DNA of 64,000 bases from the NCBI GenBank assembly GCA_963842945.1, contig CAWJIM010000024.1, positions 288,001-352,000 on the forward strand. Direction: 5' to 3'. The stretch is from an uncultured Gemmatimonadales bacterium (lineage in GTDB: Bacteria > Gemmatimonadota > Gemmatimonadetes > Gemmatimonadales > GWC2-71-9). The notes beneath the pieces are model-generated. The model saw only the letters and a program-made list of their open reading frames with translations. It was not told the origin of the DNA and did no database searches. The position numbers were made by a program, and so were the translations under genes. Every line of letters starts with the position of its first letter. Within the stretch, counting starts at the first letter, position 1. This document shows positions 1 through 9,872 of this stretch, one piece after another.

Positions 1-487
1 GCCGTCCCGCGACCGCGGCGCCGCGGGCCCAGATGAGGTCATGCCCCCGCACGACCTGGGGCGCGAAGAGTTGGTTCTCCAGATATCCGTGCTGCAGGCC
101 GGCCTGCTGCACCAGCGCGGCAATCCGCGTCGCTTCCGCGACATTCCGAGCGAGAGGCTTCTCACAGGCCAGGCCGGTGAGCTTCCCCCGGCCGCTGGTT
201 ATCGCGTGCACGATCTCTTCCACGTTCTCCAGCCGGGCATGATTCGGGCCACAGAGCCAGAGTGCTTCGATGGCGGGATCGGCCACCATCTCCGTGATCG
301 AGCGGTAGGGCTTGGCGGGACCGACGTCGAGGTCGCGAGCGAGGGCCGCCGCCGCGCGAGCCCGCTCTTGATTGGGACTCCACACGCCGAACACGTCGGC
401 GTCGCGCACAGCCACGAAAGCCTGGAGATGGAACCTGGCGTTGAAGCCGCTGCCGATGATTCCGATTCCCAACCGCTTGCCCCCCAT
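1..487 (-). CDS. Gfo/Idh/MocA family NAD(P)-dependent oxidoreductase (runs off the left edge)
   Basis: Manual translation from ATG 487 gives MGGKRLGIGIIGSGFNARFHLQAF...LACEKPLARN, with a Rossmann GxG motif and the EKP motif. Absent from the ORF track because it has no stop inside the window. Confidence 0.85.
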   Translation of the reverse strand, partial: MGGKRLGIGIIGSGFNARFHLQAFVAVRDADVFGVWSPNQERARAAAALARDLDVGPAKPYRSITEMVADPAIEALWLCGPNHARLENVEEIVHAITSGRGKLTGLACEKPLARNVAEATRIAALVQQAGLQHGYLENQLFAPQVVRGHDLIWARGAAVAGR

Positions 488-521
488 AGCCACCCTCCAG
501 GACATCGTGATCCTGCCCGGC

Positions 522-1187
522 TCAGTCTCGATATTGCACGCCGATCTTCCGGAGGGCAGCCTCAGGACAGCCCGACCACTCCGGAACAAAGGTGTTCCCC
601 AGGTACTGCAGGTCCTTCACGCCCATCTCGCTCGACCAGAATCCGGACGCGGTGAGATCGCGGAAGGAGTTGAAGAATGCCACTCCGGGCTTCATCTCCG
701 GCCGAGCGCGAGCAGGCCATGCAATGTCGTCCAGGAGCCTGGTCCGATCCCGGTCGGCACATGCCACGAAGCGCTTGCCGAAGCGGCGGCCGCACTCCCA
801 GTCGATCCATGCCAGCCCGCCTCGCATGGCCGTTCTAGCCTCCGGGGCGGTATCCTGGTCCGCCATCATGAAGTCCATGAACTCAGGCACCCCCGCGTCG
901 GTGGCGCTGCCCGATCGCCCGTCCCGGGGGATCACGAGATCGGCGAGGACGCGGACGGTCTCGTATTCCTCAGCGGTGAAGAACTTGAGGTCCAGGGTCG
1001 AGTGCCCGGCGCCGACCCACAGGCGGAGGACTCTCTCCCTCTGGGCTGGGGATGGTCGCCATGACAGCGCGACTCCGAGGGGGAGCGCTGCCAGCAGCTT
1101 GAGGGCGTCCCGGCGCTTAAGGCCCTCGCCGCCCTCGATTCTAGGCTCTGGACTCTTGGCGTTCTTCACAGGGCATTTCGTTTCCAT
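522..1187 (-). CDS. Gluconate 2-dehydrogenase subunit 3 family protein (small subunit of a GMC dehydrogenase)
   Basis: Tat-like RRDALK; ADLVIP...SGSATDAGVPEFMDFM; FRDLTASGFWSSEMGVKDLQYLGN. Confidence 0.88.
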   Translation of the reverse strand: METKCPVKNAKSPEPRIEGGEGLKRRDALKLLAALPLGVALSWRPSPAQRERVLRLWVGAGHSTLDLKFFTAEEYETVRVLADLVIPRDGRSGSATDAGVPEFMDFMMADQDTAPEARTAMRGGLAWIDWECGRRFGKRFVACADRDRTRLLDDIAWPARARPEMKPGVAFFNSFRDLTASGFWSSEMGVKDLQYLGNTFVPEWSGCPEAALRKIGVQYRD

Positions 1188-2849
1188 TGATCCGCTATGT
1201 AGTCGCTGGTGCGCCAGGACAGGGCCAGAATGGTCCAGGTGGGGTTCTTGTCGGCTTGACTGACGAAGGGCCCGCCATCGGCGACAAAGAGGTTTTTGAC
1301 CTCATGGGACTGGCAGTGCCGATTGAGAACAGAGGTTCCGGGGTCGTTCCCCATGCGAGTGCCTCCGACCTCGTGGATGATTCGGCCCCCAGCAGCGATC
1401 CCGAAGCCGTCCTCGGCCGTGGGCATCGGCGTGAGTGGCTGACCTCCCATCTCGGTGATGATCGCCCGCAGGGTTTCCTGCGCATGCCTCGACTGCGCGA
1501 TCTCATGCTCGCTCCATTTCCAGTGGAAGCGGAGCACCGGGATACCCCACTGATCGACCATGTTCGGATCGATCTCACAGTACGAGTCGACGTTCGGGAC
1601 CATTTCCCCCCGGCTGGCCAACCAGATCGTGGCACCGTAATACCGTCTATAGTCCTGCTTGAGCCGCTTTCCATAGCCCCCGCCGGCGGGATATTGATGG
1701 ACGTCATTCATGGTCCCGTAGCCGGGCTGGCCCCGCCCGCCCCCCACCTCGATGTGGTAGCCTCGGGGAAAGTCCAGTTTTCGGTTATCCAGCCACCAGG
1801 GCATGTAGATATGCGCGCTACCGACCCCGTCCTCGTTGTGCGGTACCTGGTTCATAAGACGAGGGATCACTCCAGTGACGTCACTGCCGGTCGTGTCGGT
1901 GAGATACTTCCCACGGCGCCGCTGGAGTTCGCCAGCCCGTCGGGGAAGCGGGCTGATGTGGAGTTGAGCAGGAGCCGGGCCGACTCGCAGGCGCTCGCGG
2001 CGAGCACCACCGCTCGAGCGCGAACGTGCCGGACTGCTGCGCTGGTCTTGTCGACGTAGGACACGCCGCTGGCGAGTCCCCGCCGGTCCACCGTTACCTC
2101 GCGGGCCATCGCGTTGGTGATCAGAGTGAGCCGGCCAGTGGCGAGCGCGGGTGCGATGAGCACGCCAGGGGAAGAGAAGTTCGAGTTGGTCCGGCAACCA
2201 CGGTAACACTGCCCGCAGTAGTGGCATGCCGCACGACCGTTGTGCGGCCGGGTGAGCACCGAGATGCGGGCCGGAATGCAGGTGACCCCCAGCCGGCCGC
2301 ACGCATCCTTTACTAGGAGCTCGTAACAGCGTGGCCGAGGCGGCGGCAGGAAAATACCGTCCGGATGGTTTCGCAGAGCTTCCACACTCCCGAAGATTCC
2401 GACCAGACGATCGACCCGGTCATAGTAGGGCTTCAGCTCATCGTATCCGATGGGCCAGTCATCCCCCAGACCATCGATGCTCTTCCCCGGAAGTCGTCGG
2501 GACCGAATCGGAGCGAGATACGGCCCCAATGATTGGTCCGCCCACCGAGCATGCGCGCCCGCCACCAGTCGAAGCGGGTGCCGGGCGCGACCGTATAGGG
2601 CTCTCCGGCGATATCCCACCCACCGATGCAGCCGTCGAACTCGCCGAACGGGCGCTCCCTGGTCGGCGCGCCGCGCCGGGGTGATTGGTAGAACCACTCG
2701 AACATCGCCGAATCCTTGCGGCTGTCCCACATCCGCCCGGCCTCGAGCAGAACCACATTGGCGCCGGCCCGGGTAAGGGCGTAGGCCGCCATCCCCCCGC
2801 CGGCGCCGGACCCCACGATGCACACGTCATACGGAGGAGCGCGTCCCAT
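1166..2849 (-). CDS. GMC family FAD oxidoreductase (frameshifts near 2487 and 1915)
   Basis: YDVCIVGSGAGGG FAD motif, RMLGGRTNHWGR, CHYCGQCYRGC and C-terminal IIHEVGGTRMG...KNPTWTILAL are spread over three frames. Confidence 0.88.
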
Positions 2850-2851
2850 TC

Positions 2852-4534
2852 CTAGAGCTGATTCCTCTTGAGCTGTTCCACTGCGTAGGCGGCGGCACGC
2901 GCGGTCAGCGCCATGTACGTGATTGATGGGTTCTGGCACGCCGACGAGGTCATGCAGGCGCCATCGGTCACGAACAGGTTCTTCACATCGTGACAACGGT
3001 TGTAAGCATCGAGGACCGATGTCTTCGGGTCGCGACCCATCCGCGCCGTTCCCATTTCATGGATGGAGAGGCCCGGGGCGTTGTCCTGCACGAACGCCTT
3101 GATGTCCTTGACCCGGGCCGCTTCCAGCATCTCCGCCGCAGTGACCGACATGTCCTGAAGCATCTTGCGCTCGTTGTCGCTCCACATGCAGTGAATCCGC
3201 AGGGCTGGAATGCCCCACGCATCCACCTTCGTCTTGTCCAACTCGACATAGTTGCTCGACCGAGGGAGGCACTCACCGAAGCCATAGAAGGTGAAATTCC
3301 ACTGGCCGGGTTGCCGCAGCTCCGCCTTGAGCGAGGCGCCGATCCCCTTGGTGGTGGCGCCTCGAGCCCACCCATCCCGGCCACCCCCACCCTGGAACCC
3401 ATAGCCCCGAACGAAGTCCGGATGTCTGGTCTTCAGATTTCTGAACCGGGGAACGTAGACCCCGTTCGGCCGTTGGCCAAAGGTGTCGTACTTCTCCAAG
3501 CCGGGAATAGTGCCGCTGGCGCCTCCCCCCATGGTGTGGTCCATCAGGTTCCGGCCCAGCTCACCGCTGGAGTTGGCCAGTCCCGTGGGAAACCGCCGGC
3601 TCGAGGAGTTGAAGAGGATACGGGTGGACTCGAGCGCGGAGGCGCACAGAAACACGACCCGGGCCTGGAATTCGAGCGGTTGCCGGGTCTGCGCGTCGAT
3701 CACCCGCACCCCGGTCGCGCGGTCCCGGCGTTCATCGTAGATGACACTGTGTACCACGCTGAATGGGCGAATCGTCAGCCGGCCGGTGGCCCGTGCGGCG
3801 GGAAGCGTGACGTGAACGCTGTTGAAGTAGGAGCGAGTGGTGCACCCGCGCCAGCAGGGTCCACAGTAGTGACAGGCTTCGCGTCCGTGATGGCGCTGGG
3901 TCAGAATGGCACAGCGCCCGATGGTCATGAGACGCTCATCCCCGAAGTGCTTTGCGATTCCCGCCTGGACTACCTTCTCGGCGCAGTTGAGCGGCATCGG
4001 GGGGAGGAACTTGCCGTCGGGCAGGTGGGGAAGTCCCAGCCGTTGGCCGCTTACCCCGATGAAGTCGTCGACATAGTCGTACCACGGCTCGATGTCGGCG
4101 TAACGGATGGGCCAGTCCACCGCGATCCCCTCGCGCGCATTGGCTTCGAAGTCGAGATCGCTCAGCCGGTAGGTCTGACGTCCCCACATAATGGAGCGTC
4201 CACCCAGGTGCCGGCCGCGGATCCAGTAGAATGGCTTGTCGGGATCGAAGGTGTACGGGTTCTCCACGTCGTTGACGAAGAACTGGCTGGTCTGTTCCTC
4301 GAAAGGGCCGGCCTTGCTCTGGATGAAATGGATGGTCTCGGCATCCTTGCGGTCGCGGAGCCCGCGGAACTTGAACTCATAAATCGGCTTGTGCTCCAGG
4401 TAATCGCGAGCGGGGTCGATCGATCGGCCCGCCTCCAGGACCAACGTGGCGAGGCCTCGCTCGGTCAGCTCCTTGGCGGCCCATCCACCGCTCATCCCTG
4501 AGCCCACCACGATGGCATCATAGCTCCTCCGCAT
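2852..4534 (-). CDS. GMC family FAD oxidoreductase
   Basis: Intact ORF: YDAIVVGSGMSGGWAAKELTE, CHYCGPCWRGC, IHEMGTARMG, QNPSITYMALTARA. Confidence 0.93.
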   Translation of the reverse strand: MRRSYDAIVVGSGMSGGWAAKELTERGLATLVLEAGRSIDPARDYLEHKPIYEFKFRGLRDRKDAETIHFIQSKAGPFEEQTSQFFVNDVENPYTFDPDKPFYWIRGRHLGGRSIMWGRQTYRLSDLDFEANAREGIAVDWPIRYADIEPWYDYVDDFIGVSGQRLGLPHLPDGKFLPPMPLNCAEKVVQAGIAKHFGDERLMTIGRCAILTQRHHGREACHYCGPCWRGCTTRSYFNSVHVTLPAARATGRLTIRPFSVVHSVIYDERRDRATGVRVIDAQTRQPLEFQARVVFLCASALESTRILFNSSSRRFPTGLANSSGELGRNLMDHTMGGGASGTIPGLEKYDTFGQRPNGVYVPRFRNLKTRHPDFVRGYGFQGGGGRDGWARGATTKGIGASLKAELRQPGQWNFTFYGFGECLPRSSNYVELDKTKVDAWGIPALRIHCMWSDNERKMLQDMSVTAAEMLEAARVKDIKAFVQDNAPGLSIHEMGTARMGRDPKTSVLDAYNRCHDVKNLFVTDGACMTSSACQNPSITYMALTARAAAYAVEQLKRNQL

Positions 4535-4536
4535 GC

Positions 4537-5208
4537 TCACCTTCCTGTCGGCGAATGGACTCCAGTGGCAACGCATGGGTCGTAGCGCCCCGGGATGGTT
4601 ACCATGTGGAGCTCGCGGTTCACTCCGATCTCTGACGTGTAGTAGCCGTAGATGGTGAGGAACTTGATCTGCTGCCAGAAGGGCGCGGGCTGCTCGACCG
4701 GCTTCTCCTGCTGCGCCTCGCGAGGCTTCTCCGCTGGCTTCTCCTCCGGCTTCTGACTCGGTTCTAGCGGCTTCTTCTCGGGAGGCTTCTGCTTCGGAAC
4801 AAGCCCGAACTCCTGCTCCAGCACCAGGAGAATCCGCTGCTGTTCAGCCGGCTTGGCAGCGGCAAAGTCCTGACCGACCTCAGCCCGGCTGCGATGGTCG
4901 AGGTCCACCAGTCCGGCAAGGAAACGGGTCCGCTCATCGGTATGGTAATGCTCGGCAACGATGAGTTCGATGAACTGGGGCACTCCTGCCGCCTGCGCCC
5001 CCGGAGTGTCGGTCTCGGGGATAATGCACTCGGCGATCGCGGAGACGGTTGCCCGCTGGTGAGGGTCGAAGAGGCTTGGGAGAGCCTCGCGCTGTACCAG
5101 GGCGTTCAGCCGCTGGCCCAGGAGGAACAGATCTTCAGGCCGGTGCCGGGCGAGCACCGGAATACATACAGCACTGCCGAGAACACGCACGACCTCTCGC
5201 CTATTCAT
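4537..5208 (-). CDS. Gluconate 2-dehydrogenase subunit 3 family protein
   Basis: MNRREVV Tat-like start; IIPETDTPGA..AGVPQFI; LTIYGYYTSEIG; carries a K/P/E-rich insert. Confidence 0.88.
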   Translation of the reverse strand: MNRREVVRVLGSAVCIPVLARHRPEDLFLLGQRLNALVQREALPSLFDPHQRATVSAIAECIIPETDTPGAQAAGVPQFIELIVAEHYHTDERTRFLAGLVDLDHRSRAEVGQDFAAAKPAEQQRILLVLEQEFGLVPKQKPPEKKPLEPSQKPEEKPAEKPREAQQEKPVEQPAPFWQQIKFLTIYGYYTSEIGVNRELHMVTIPGRYDPCVATGVHSPTGR

Positions 5209-5238
5209 CAGGAGCCTCCAGGTTTCAGTGCTCCTCCC

Positions 5239-6084
5239 TCAGGCATCTCCCAGATCCAACTGCTTGAGGTACTGGTAGCTCGCCCGGGCGAAAGCGAGCG
5301 GGTCCTTTGGATCGTCATGCTCGACGAAGAAATGGCGAGCTCCCGCCTGCTGGCGCCGAGTGAGGATGCGTCGGAAATCTATGACTCCCTTGCCCACATC
5401 CACGTGCTGGTAGGCCGGGGGGCCGGCGGAATCCTTTACATGCACCATCTCGAAGCGGCCCGGGGATCGGTTGAAGTATCGCACCGGGTCTTGGCCGGCC
5501 TTGCTGATCCACATCAGATCGAGCTCGAACGAGACATTGGCCGGATCCGTCTCCGCCAAAAGTACGTCATAGGGGATCTGGCCGTCGACCGGGCTGAATT
5601 CGAAGTCATGGTTATGGTAAGCCAATCGGAGACCAGCGCGCTTGGCGGCCTCGCCCAGCCGATTGAACTCAGCGGCCCGGCGCTTGATGTCGTCGATGGT
5701 GCGGCGATCCTCCTCCGCCAGCCAAGGGATCACGATGTACTGGTGGCCTATGAGATTGGCTCTCTCGAGAGTGCCGGACCAATCCTGGCGCATTGTGTCG
5801 ATGGGAACGTGGGCCGATGGGGCCTGGAGCCCATGGCGCCGGAGAATGGCTTTGATCTCCTCGGGCCGGCGATCGAAGTATCCGGCGAACTCCACCTCCA
5901 CGTAACCGATCGACGCCAGGCTGGCGAGGGTGCCTTCAAAATCTTCACCCAGCCGCCGACGGACGCTGTAGAGCTGGATACCGATGGGACTGAGGGGTGC
6001 CCCAGCACTGCCGGGGAACCCTTTCAGGGTAGTCAGCCAGGCCAGGCCACCGATAAATGAGCGTCGATTCAGGGATTCCCCCAC
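5239..6084 (-). CDS. Sugar phosphate isomerase/epimerase (xylose isomerase-like TIM barrel), Tat-exported
   Basis: NRRSFIG Tat motif; GIQLYSVR, YHNHDFEF, ELDLMW, HVKD, FVEHD. GTG start at 6084 is inferred. Confidence 0.88.
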   Translation of the reverse strand: MGESLNRRSFIGGLAWLTTLKGFPGSAGAPLSPIGIQLYSVRRRLGEDFEGTLASLASIGYVEVEFAGYFDRRPEEIKAILRRHGLQAPSAHVPIDTMRQDWSGTLERANLIGHQYIVIPWLAEEDRRTIDDIKRRAAEFNRLGEAAKRAGLRLAYHNHDFEFSPVDGQIPYDVLLAETDPANVSFELDLMWISKAGQDPVRYFNRSPGRFEMVHVKDSAGPPAYQHVDVGKGVIDFRRILTRRQQAGARHFFVEHDDPKDPLAFARASYQYLKQLDLGDA

Positions 6085-6148
6085 AGATCGTGAGTAGGCC
6101 CAAGATGTGGCTCCAAATCGTGGGACGCCAGCACGATCGACTGCACCA

Positions 6149-6183
6149 CTGCCCGGCTTCCCTGCTTCCCTACTTCCCCGCTT
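6149..6183. repeat. Tandem 8-bp repeat CT(G/T)CCC(C/T)G x4
   Basis: CTGCCCGG CTTCCCTG CTTCCCTA CTTCCCCG directly upstream of glgP. Confidence 0.6.
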
Positions 6184-6193
6184 ATAATTGTCC

Positions 6194-8347
6194 ATGCTCA
6201 CCCCACAGACTCGCATTCCCTACCTGCCGGCCCGCATCGAGGGTCTTTCAGCGCTCGCCATGAACCTGTGGTGGAGCTGGAGTCGGGAAGCGCGGGCGCT
6301 CTTTCAGTCAATCGACGTCGCGCTGTGGCACCGTACCCGGCACAACCCGCTGGAGCTGCTCTGCCGGGTCGAGCCGGCACGCCTCGCCGCGTGCGCCAGC
6401 GACAGTGACTTTCTCCTGCGTTACGACGCGGTCATCCAGCGGATGGAGCATGAGGCCGACCACAGCGACACCTGGTTCGCCAAGAACTATCCCGATGTGG
6501 ATGGCCGGCCGGTCGCCTACTTCTGCGCCGAGTTCGGGCTCCACAACTCGGTGCCGATCTACTCTGGTGGTCTCGGTGTGCTTGCCGGCGACCACTGCAA
6601 ATCGGCCAGTGACCTCGGTGTTCCGCTGGTCGGCGTCGGGCTGTTCTATCGCAAGGGTTACTTCGATCAGCGGTTGAATCTGGAAGGCTGGCAGGAAGAC
6701 AGCGACGAGGAGTACGACGTAAGCGCCACTCCTCTCGTCCCCGTGATGGGATCCGGCCGGCAACCCTGGCTCACCACGGTGCAGACATCGGGACGGCCGG
6801 TCCACGTGCGGGCCTGGCAAGTCATGGTGGGTCGAGTACCGATTTACCTGCTCGACACCAACCTCGATGCCAATCATCCCGACGATCGCGGTCTGATGAA
6901 CAAGCTCTACGCCGGCGGGCCCGAGCTCCGGGTGCGGCAGGAGTGGATTCTGGGTGTGGGCGGCGTCCGGGTGCTCCGGGCCATGGGCATCGATCCGGGC
7001 GTGTGGCATGCCAACGAGGGCCATGCGGGATTCATGTTCATTGAGCGACTGCGGGAGCTGATCGTCGCCGGTACGCCGCTGGATGAGGCGATACACCAGG
7101 TTCGTGCGCAGAGTGTATTCACCACTCACACTCCGGTGCCTGCCGGACACGACGCGTTTCCGGCCGACCAGCTCGAGGCCTGTACCGGCCCGGTCTGGGA
7201 AGAGATGGGAATTACCCGGGAACAGCTGCTCGGCCTGGGAGCGCACCCCGGCCATAGCAATCAATTCCACATGACGGCGGTGGCCATGCGCCTCTCGGCC
7301 CGGGTGAACGGCGTCTCCCGGCGGCATGGGCAAGTCACTCGCAACTTATGGCGTGATCTCTGGCCCAACCGCCCGTGGGAGGCAGTTCCCGTCACCCACG
7401 TGACCAATGGCGTCCACCTGGCCACATGGATGTCGAGTCCGGTCATGGAACTGCTGGACGAACACCTGGGCCCCGATTGGGGAGACCGACTGGAGGAGCC
7501 GAGCTTCTGGGATCAGGTCCTGACTCTGGATCATACCAGGCTTTGGGAAGCCCATTTGAGACAAAAGCGCGCGCTCGCCAACTTCATTCGGGAGGACACC
7601 AGGCGGCGCTTTGCCGGCCAGCTCAAGGAAGCGTCGCAGGTCGTGGGCGCGGGAACGCTGCTCGACCCCATGGCCTTCACCATCGGCTTTGCCCGTCGGT
7701 TTGCCACCTATAAACGGGCGAACCTGATGTTCCGGGAGATCGATCGGTTGCGCCGGCTGCTGGTGGACCCGTGGCGACCGGTGCAGATCATCTTCGCGGG
7801 AAAGGCCCATCCGGCTGACAATCCGGGGAAGGAACTGCTGCAGAGCGTCTATCAGTTCACCCGGGATCCAGGATTCGAGGGGCGGGTCGCTTTTCTGGAA
7901 GATTACGACATGCACCTCGCTCACCTTCTGGTTCAGGGAGTCGATCTCTGGCTCAATCTGCCCCGGGTTCCTCTCGAAGCCTCCGGCACCAGCGGAATGA
8001 AGGCGGCCCTGAACGGTGTGCCTCAGCTGAGTACGCTCGACGGCTGGTGGCAGGAAGGGTACGACGGCTTGAGCGGGTGGGCGATCGCTCCGGCGGCAGA
8101 AGGCATGGATGCCGATGCGGCGGATGCTGAAGACTTCTACCGGCTGCTGGAGGAACAGGTGGTGCCGCTCTATTACACCCGCAATGCCAACGGGGTTCCG
8201 CTCGGCTGGGTGGAAAAAATGCGCCACGCACTGCGGCTGGCCGGCAGCCGGTTTACCGCGCGACGAATGATGCGAGAGTACGTGCAGGAGTACTACGCTC
8301 CGGCAATTCAGGGGGAGGCGTCAGGCGACGACCCACCCACGGCATGA
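6194..8347 (+). CDS. glgP: Alpha-glucan (glycogen/maltodextrin) phosphorylase
   Basis: AYFCAEFG..SGGLGVLAGDH, NEGH, FARRFATYKRA and the PLP motif EASGTSGMKA. Confidence 0.95.
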   Translation: MLTPQTRIPYLPARIEGLSALAMNLWWSWSREARALFQSIDVALWHRTRHNPLELLCRVEPARLAACASDSDFLLRYDAVIQRMEHEADHSDTWFAKNYPDVDGRPVAYFCAEFGLHNSVPIYSGGLGVLAGDHCKSASDLGVPLVGVGLFYRKGYFDQRLNLEGWQEDSDEEYDVSATPLVPVMGSGRQPWLTTVQTSGRPVHVRAWQVMVGRVPIYLLDTNLDANHPDDRGLMNKLYAGGPELRVRQEWILGVGGVRVLRAMGIDPGVWHANEGHAGFMFIERLRELIVAGTPLDEAIHQVRAQSVFTTHTPVPAGHDAFPADQLEACTGPVWEEMGITREQLLGLGAHPGHSNQFHMTAVAMRLSARVNGVSRRHGQVTRNLWRDLWPNRPWEAVPVTHVTNGVHLATWMSSPVMELLDEHLGPDWGDRLEEPSFWDQVLTLDHTRLWEAHLRQKRALANFIREDTRRRFAGQLKEASQVVGAGTLLDPMAFTIGFARRFATYKRANLMFREIDRLRRLLVDPWRPVQIIFAGKAHPADNPGKELLQSVYQFTRDPGFEGRVAFLEDYDMHLAHLLVQGVDLWLNLPRVPLEASGTSGMKAALNGVPQLSTLDGWWQEGYDGLSGWAIAPAAEGMDADAADAEDFYRLLEEQVVPLYYTRNANGVPLGWVEKMRHALRLAGSRFTARRMMREYVQEYYAPAIQGEASGDDPPTA

Positions 8348-8357
8348 GACGAATGGC

Positions 8358-9872
8358 ATGGCGACGATACGGCAGCCCGACCGGGAGGTAGCCGAGTCAG
8401 CGCCGCTCCGCACGACCAACGGTCAGCCGGTTTCCGTGGTGCACGTGACGGCAGAGTACTACCCGTACGCCCGTATCGGGGGTCTGGCCGAAGCGGTGAG
8501 CGGTCTGGCCAATTTCCAGCGCGCAGCCGGACTGAACGTCGCGGCGATTCTTCCCCTCTATCGCACGGTCCGTGATGTCGAGCCCGACCTCGAGCCGGTG
8601 GGTCAGCCTTTCATGGTCCCGATGGGCACCCACACCGAGGAAGCGCGCGTGTTCCGGGTGTCCGGCGCCAGCGCCGGGCCCCAGGTCTTCTTCATCGAGC
8701 ACCTGGATTACTTCAACCGACACGGGATTTATGGCGAAAACGCCATAGACTATCCGGACAACGCCCGACGCTTCGCCTTCTTTGCGCTGGCGGCAGTGAC
8801 GGCGCTGCCTCGGCTGGTTCCGGGAGCAGTACTCCTCCACGCCCACGACTGGCACACCGCGCTGGCGCTGGTCTATCTCCGCACGCTCCTGAAGGCTCGA
8901 TTCACTGCGCCGGTCACCGGGGTGCTCTCGGTCCACAATCCAGGCTACCAGGGGCACTTTCCGCCTGACGTCATGCCGCAGATCGGGCTGCCCTGGGAGC
9001 TGTACAACTGGCAACAGCTGGAGTGGTACGGCAAGGTCAATTTTCTGAAGGGCGGACTGGCGTTCGCCGACTTCGTCACCACGGTCAGCCCTACCCAGGC
9101 CGAGGAGCTCCGGACACCGGGCGGCGGTTTCGGCTTGCAGGAGGCATTCATCTGGCTGGCCGATCGCTTGGTGGGAGTCCTCAACGGCATTGATCAGCAC
9201 GCGTGGAACCCCGCCAAGGACTCGCAGATCACCGCCCAATACTCGGCTCAGAATCTGGAGGGAAAGCGCCGTTGCAAGGCTGGGCTGCAGCGATCCTTCG
9301 GGCTGCCGCAACGGCGAAAGGTTCCGCTCTTCGGAATGACCGGTCGCATGGTCACTCAGAAGGGGCTCGATCTCATACTTCAGAGCCGTCAGCTGCTGGA
9401 GACCGACGCCCAGTTCGTGTTTCTCGGCAGCGGTGAGCAGAAGTATGAGACCGCGCTGGTGGAGCTGGCCTCCTCGGCGCCGGATCGCATTGGCGTGCAG
9501 CTCGACTTTACCGACCGGTTGGAGCACCGGCTCATGGCCGGAGCCGACATCTTCCTGATGCCCTCGTTGTACGAACCCTGCGGCCTCACCCAGATGCGGG
9601 CTCAACGCTACGGCTCCCCACCCATTGTGCGCCACGTGGGCGGTTTGGCCGATACGGTGGAAGATTCGGTGACGGGGTTCGCCTTTGACGGCTACACGCC
9701 GGAAGCCTTCCAGGAGGCTACTTTTCGCGCCCTGGACTGCTTCAATCATCCTTCCACCTGGCAGACGATCATGCGTCAAGGCATGGCTCGGGACTTCAGC
9801 TGGGAGCGATCCGTGGCCACCTATCTCGACGTATATCGGCGCGCCGTCGCCCGGACTGCGGCCTCGGCGTGA
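8358..9872 (+). CDS. glgA: Glycogen synthase (GT5)
   Basis: E..PYARIGGLA (KxGGL-like), HAHDWHT, HNPGYQG, QKGLDL, MPSLYEPCGLTQM. Confidence 0.93.
   Translation: MATIRQPDREVAESAPLRTTNGQPVSVVHVTAEYYPYARIGGLAEAVSGLANFQRAAGLNVAAILPLYRTVRDVEPDLEPVGQPFMVPMGTHTEEARVFRVSGASAGPQVFFIEHLDYFNRHGIYGENAIDYPDNARRFAFFALAAVTALPRLVPGAVLLHAHDWHTALALVYLRTLLKARFTAPVTGVLSVHNPGYQGHFPPDVMPQIGLPWELYNWQQLEWYGKVNFLKGGLAFADFVTTVSPTQAEELRTPGGGFGLQEAFIWLADRLVGVLNGIDQHAWNPAKDSQITAQYSAQNLEGKRRCKAGLQRSFGLPQRRKVPLFGMTGRMVTQKGLDLILQSRQLLETDAQFVFLGSGEQKYETALVELASSAPDRIGVQLDFTDRLEHRLMAGADIFLMPSLYEPCGLTQMRAQRYGSPPIVRHVGGLADTVEDSVTGFAFDGYTPEAFQEATFRALDCFNHPSTWQTIMRQGMARDFSWERSVATYLDVYRRAVARTAASA

Noticed and set aside
2990..4501. 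Long antisense ORFs (also 8397-9779, 9914-11194 and 56792-58279)
   Set aside because: These are shadow ORFs opposite well-supported genes, as expected in high-GC DNA.
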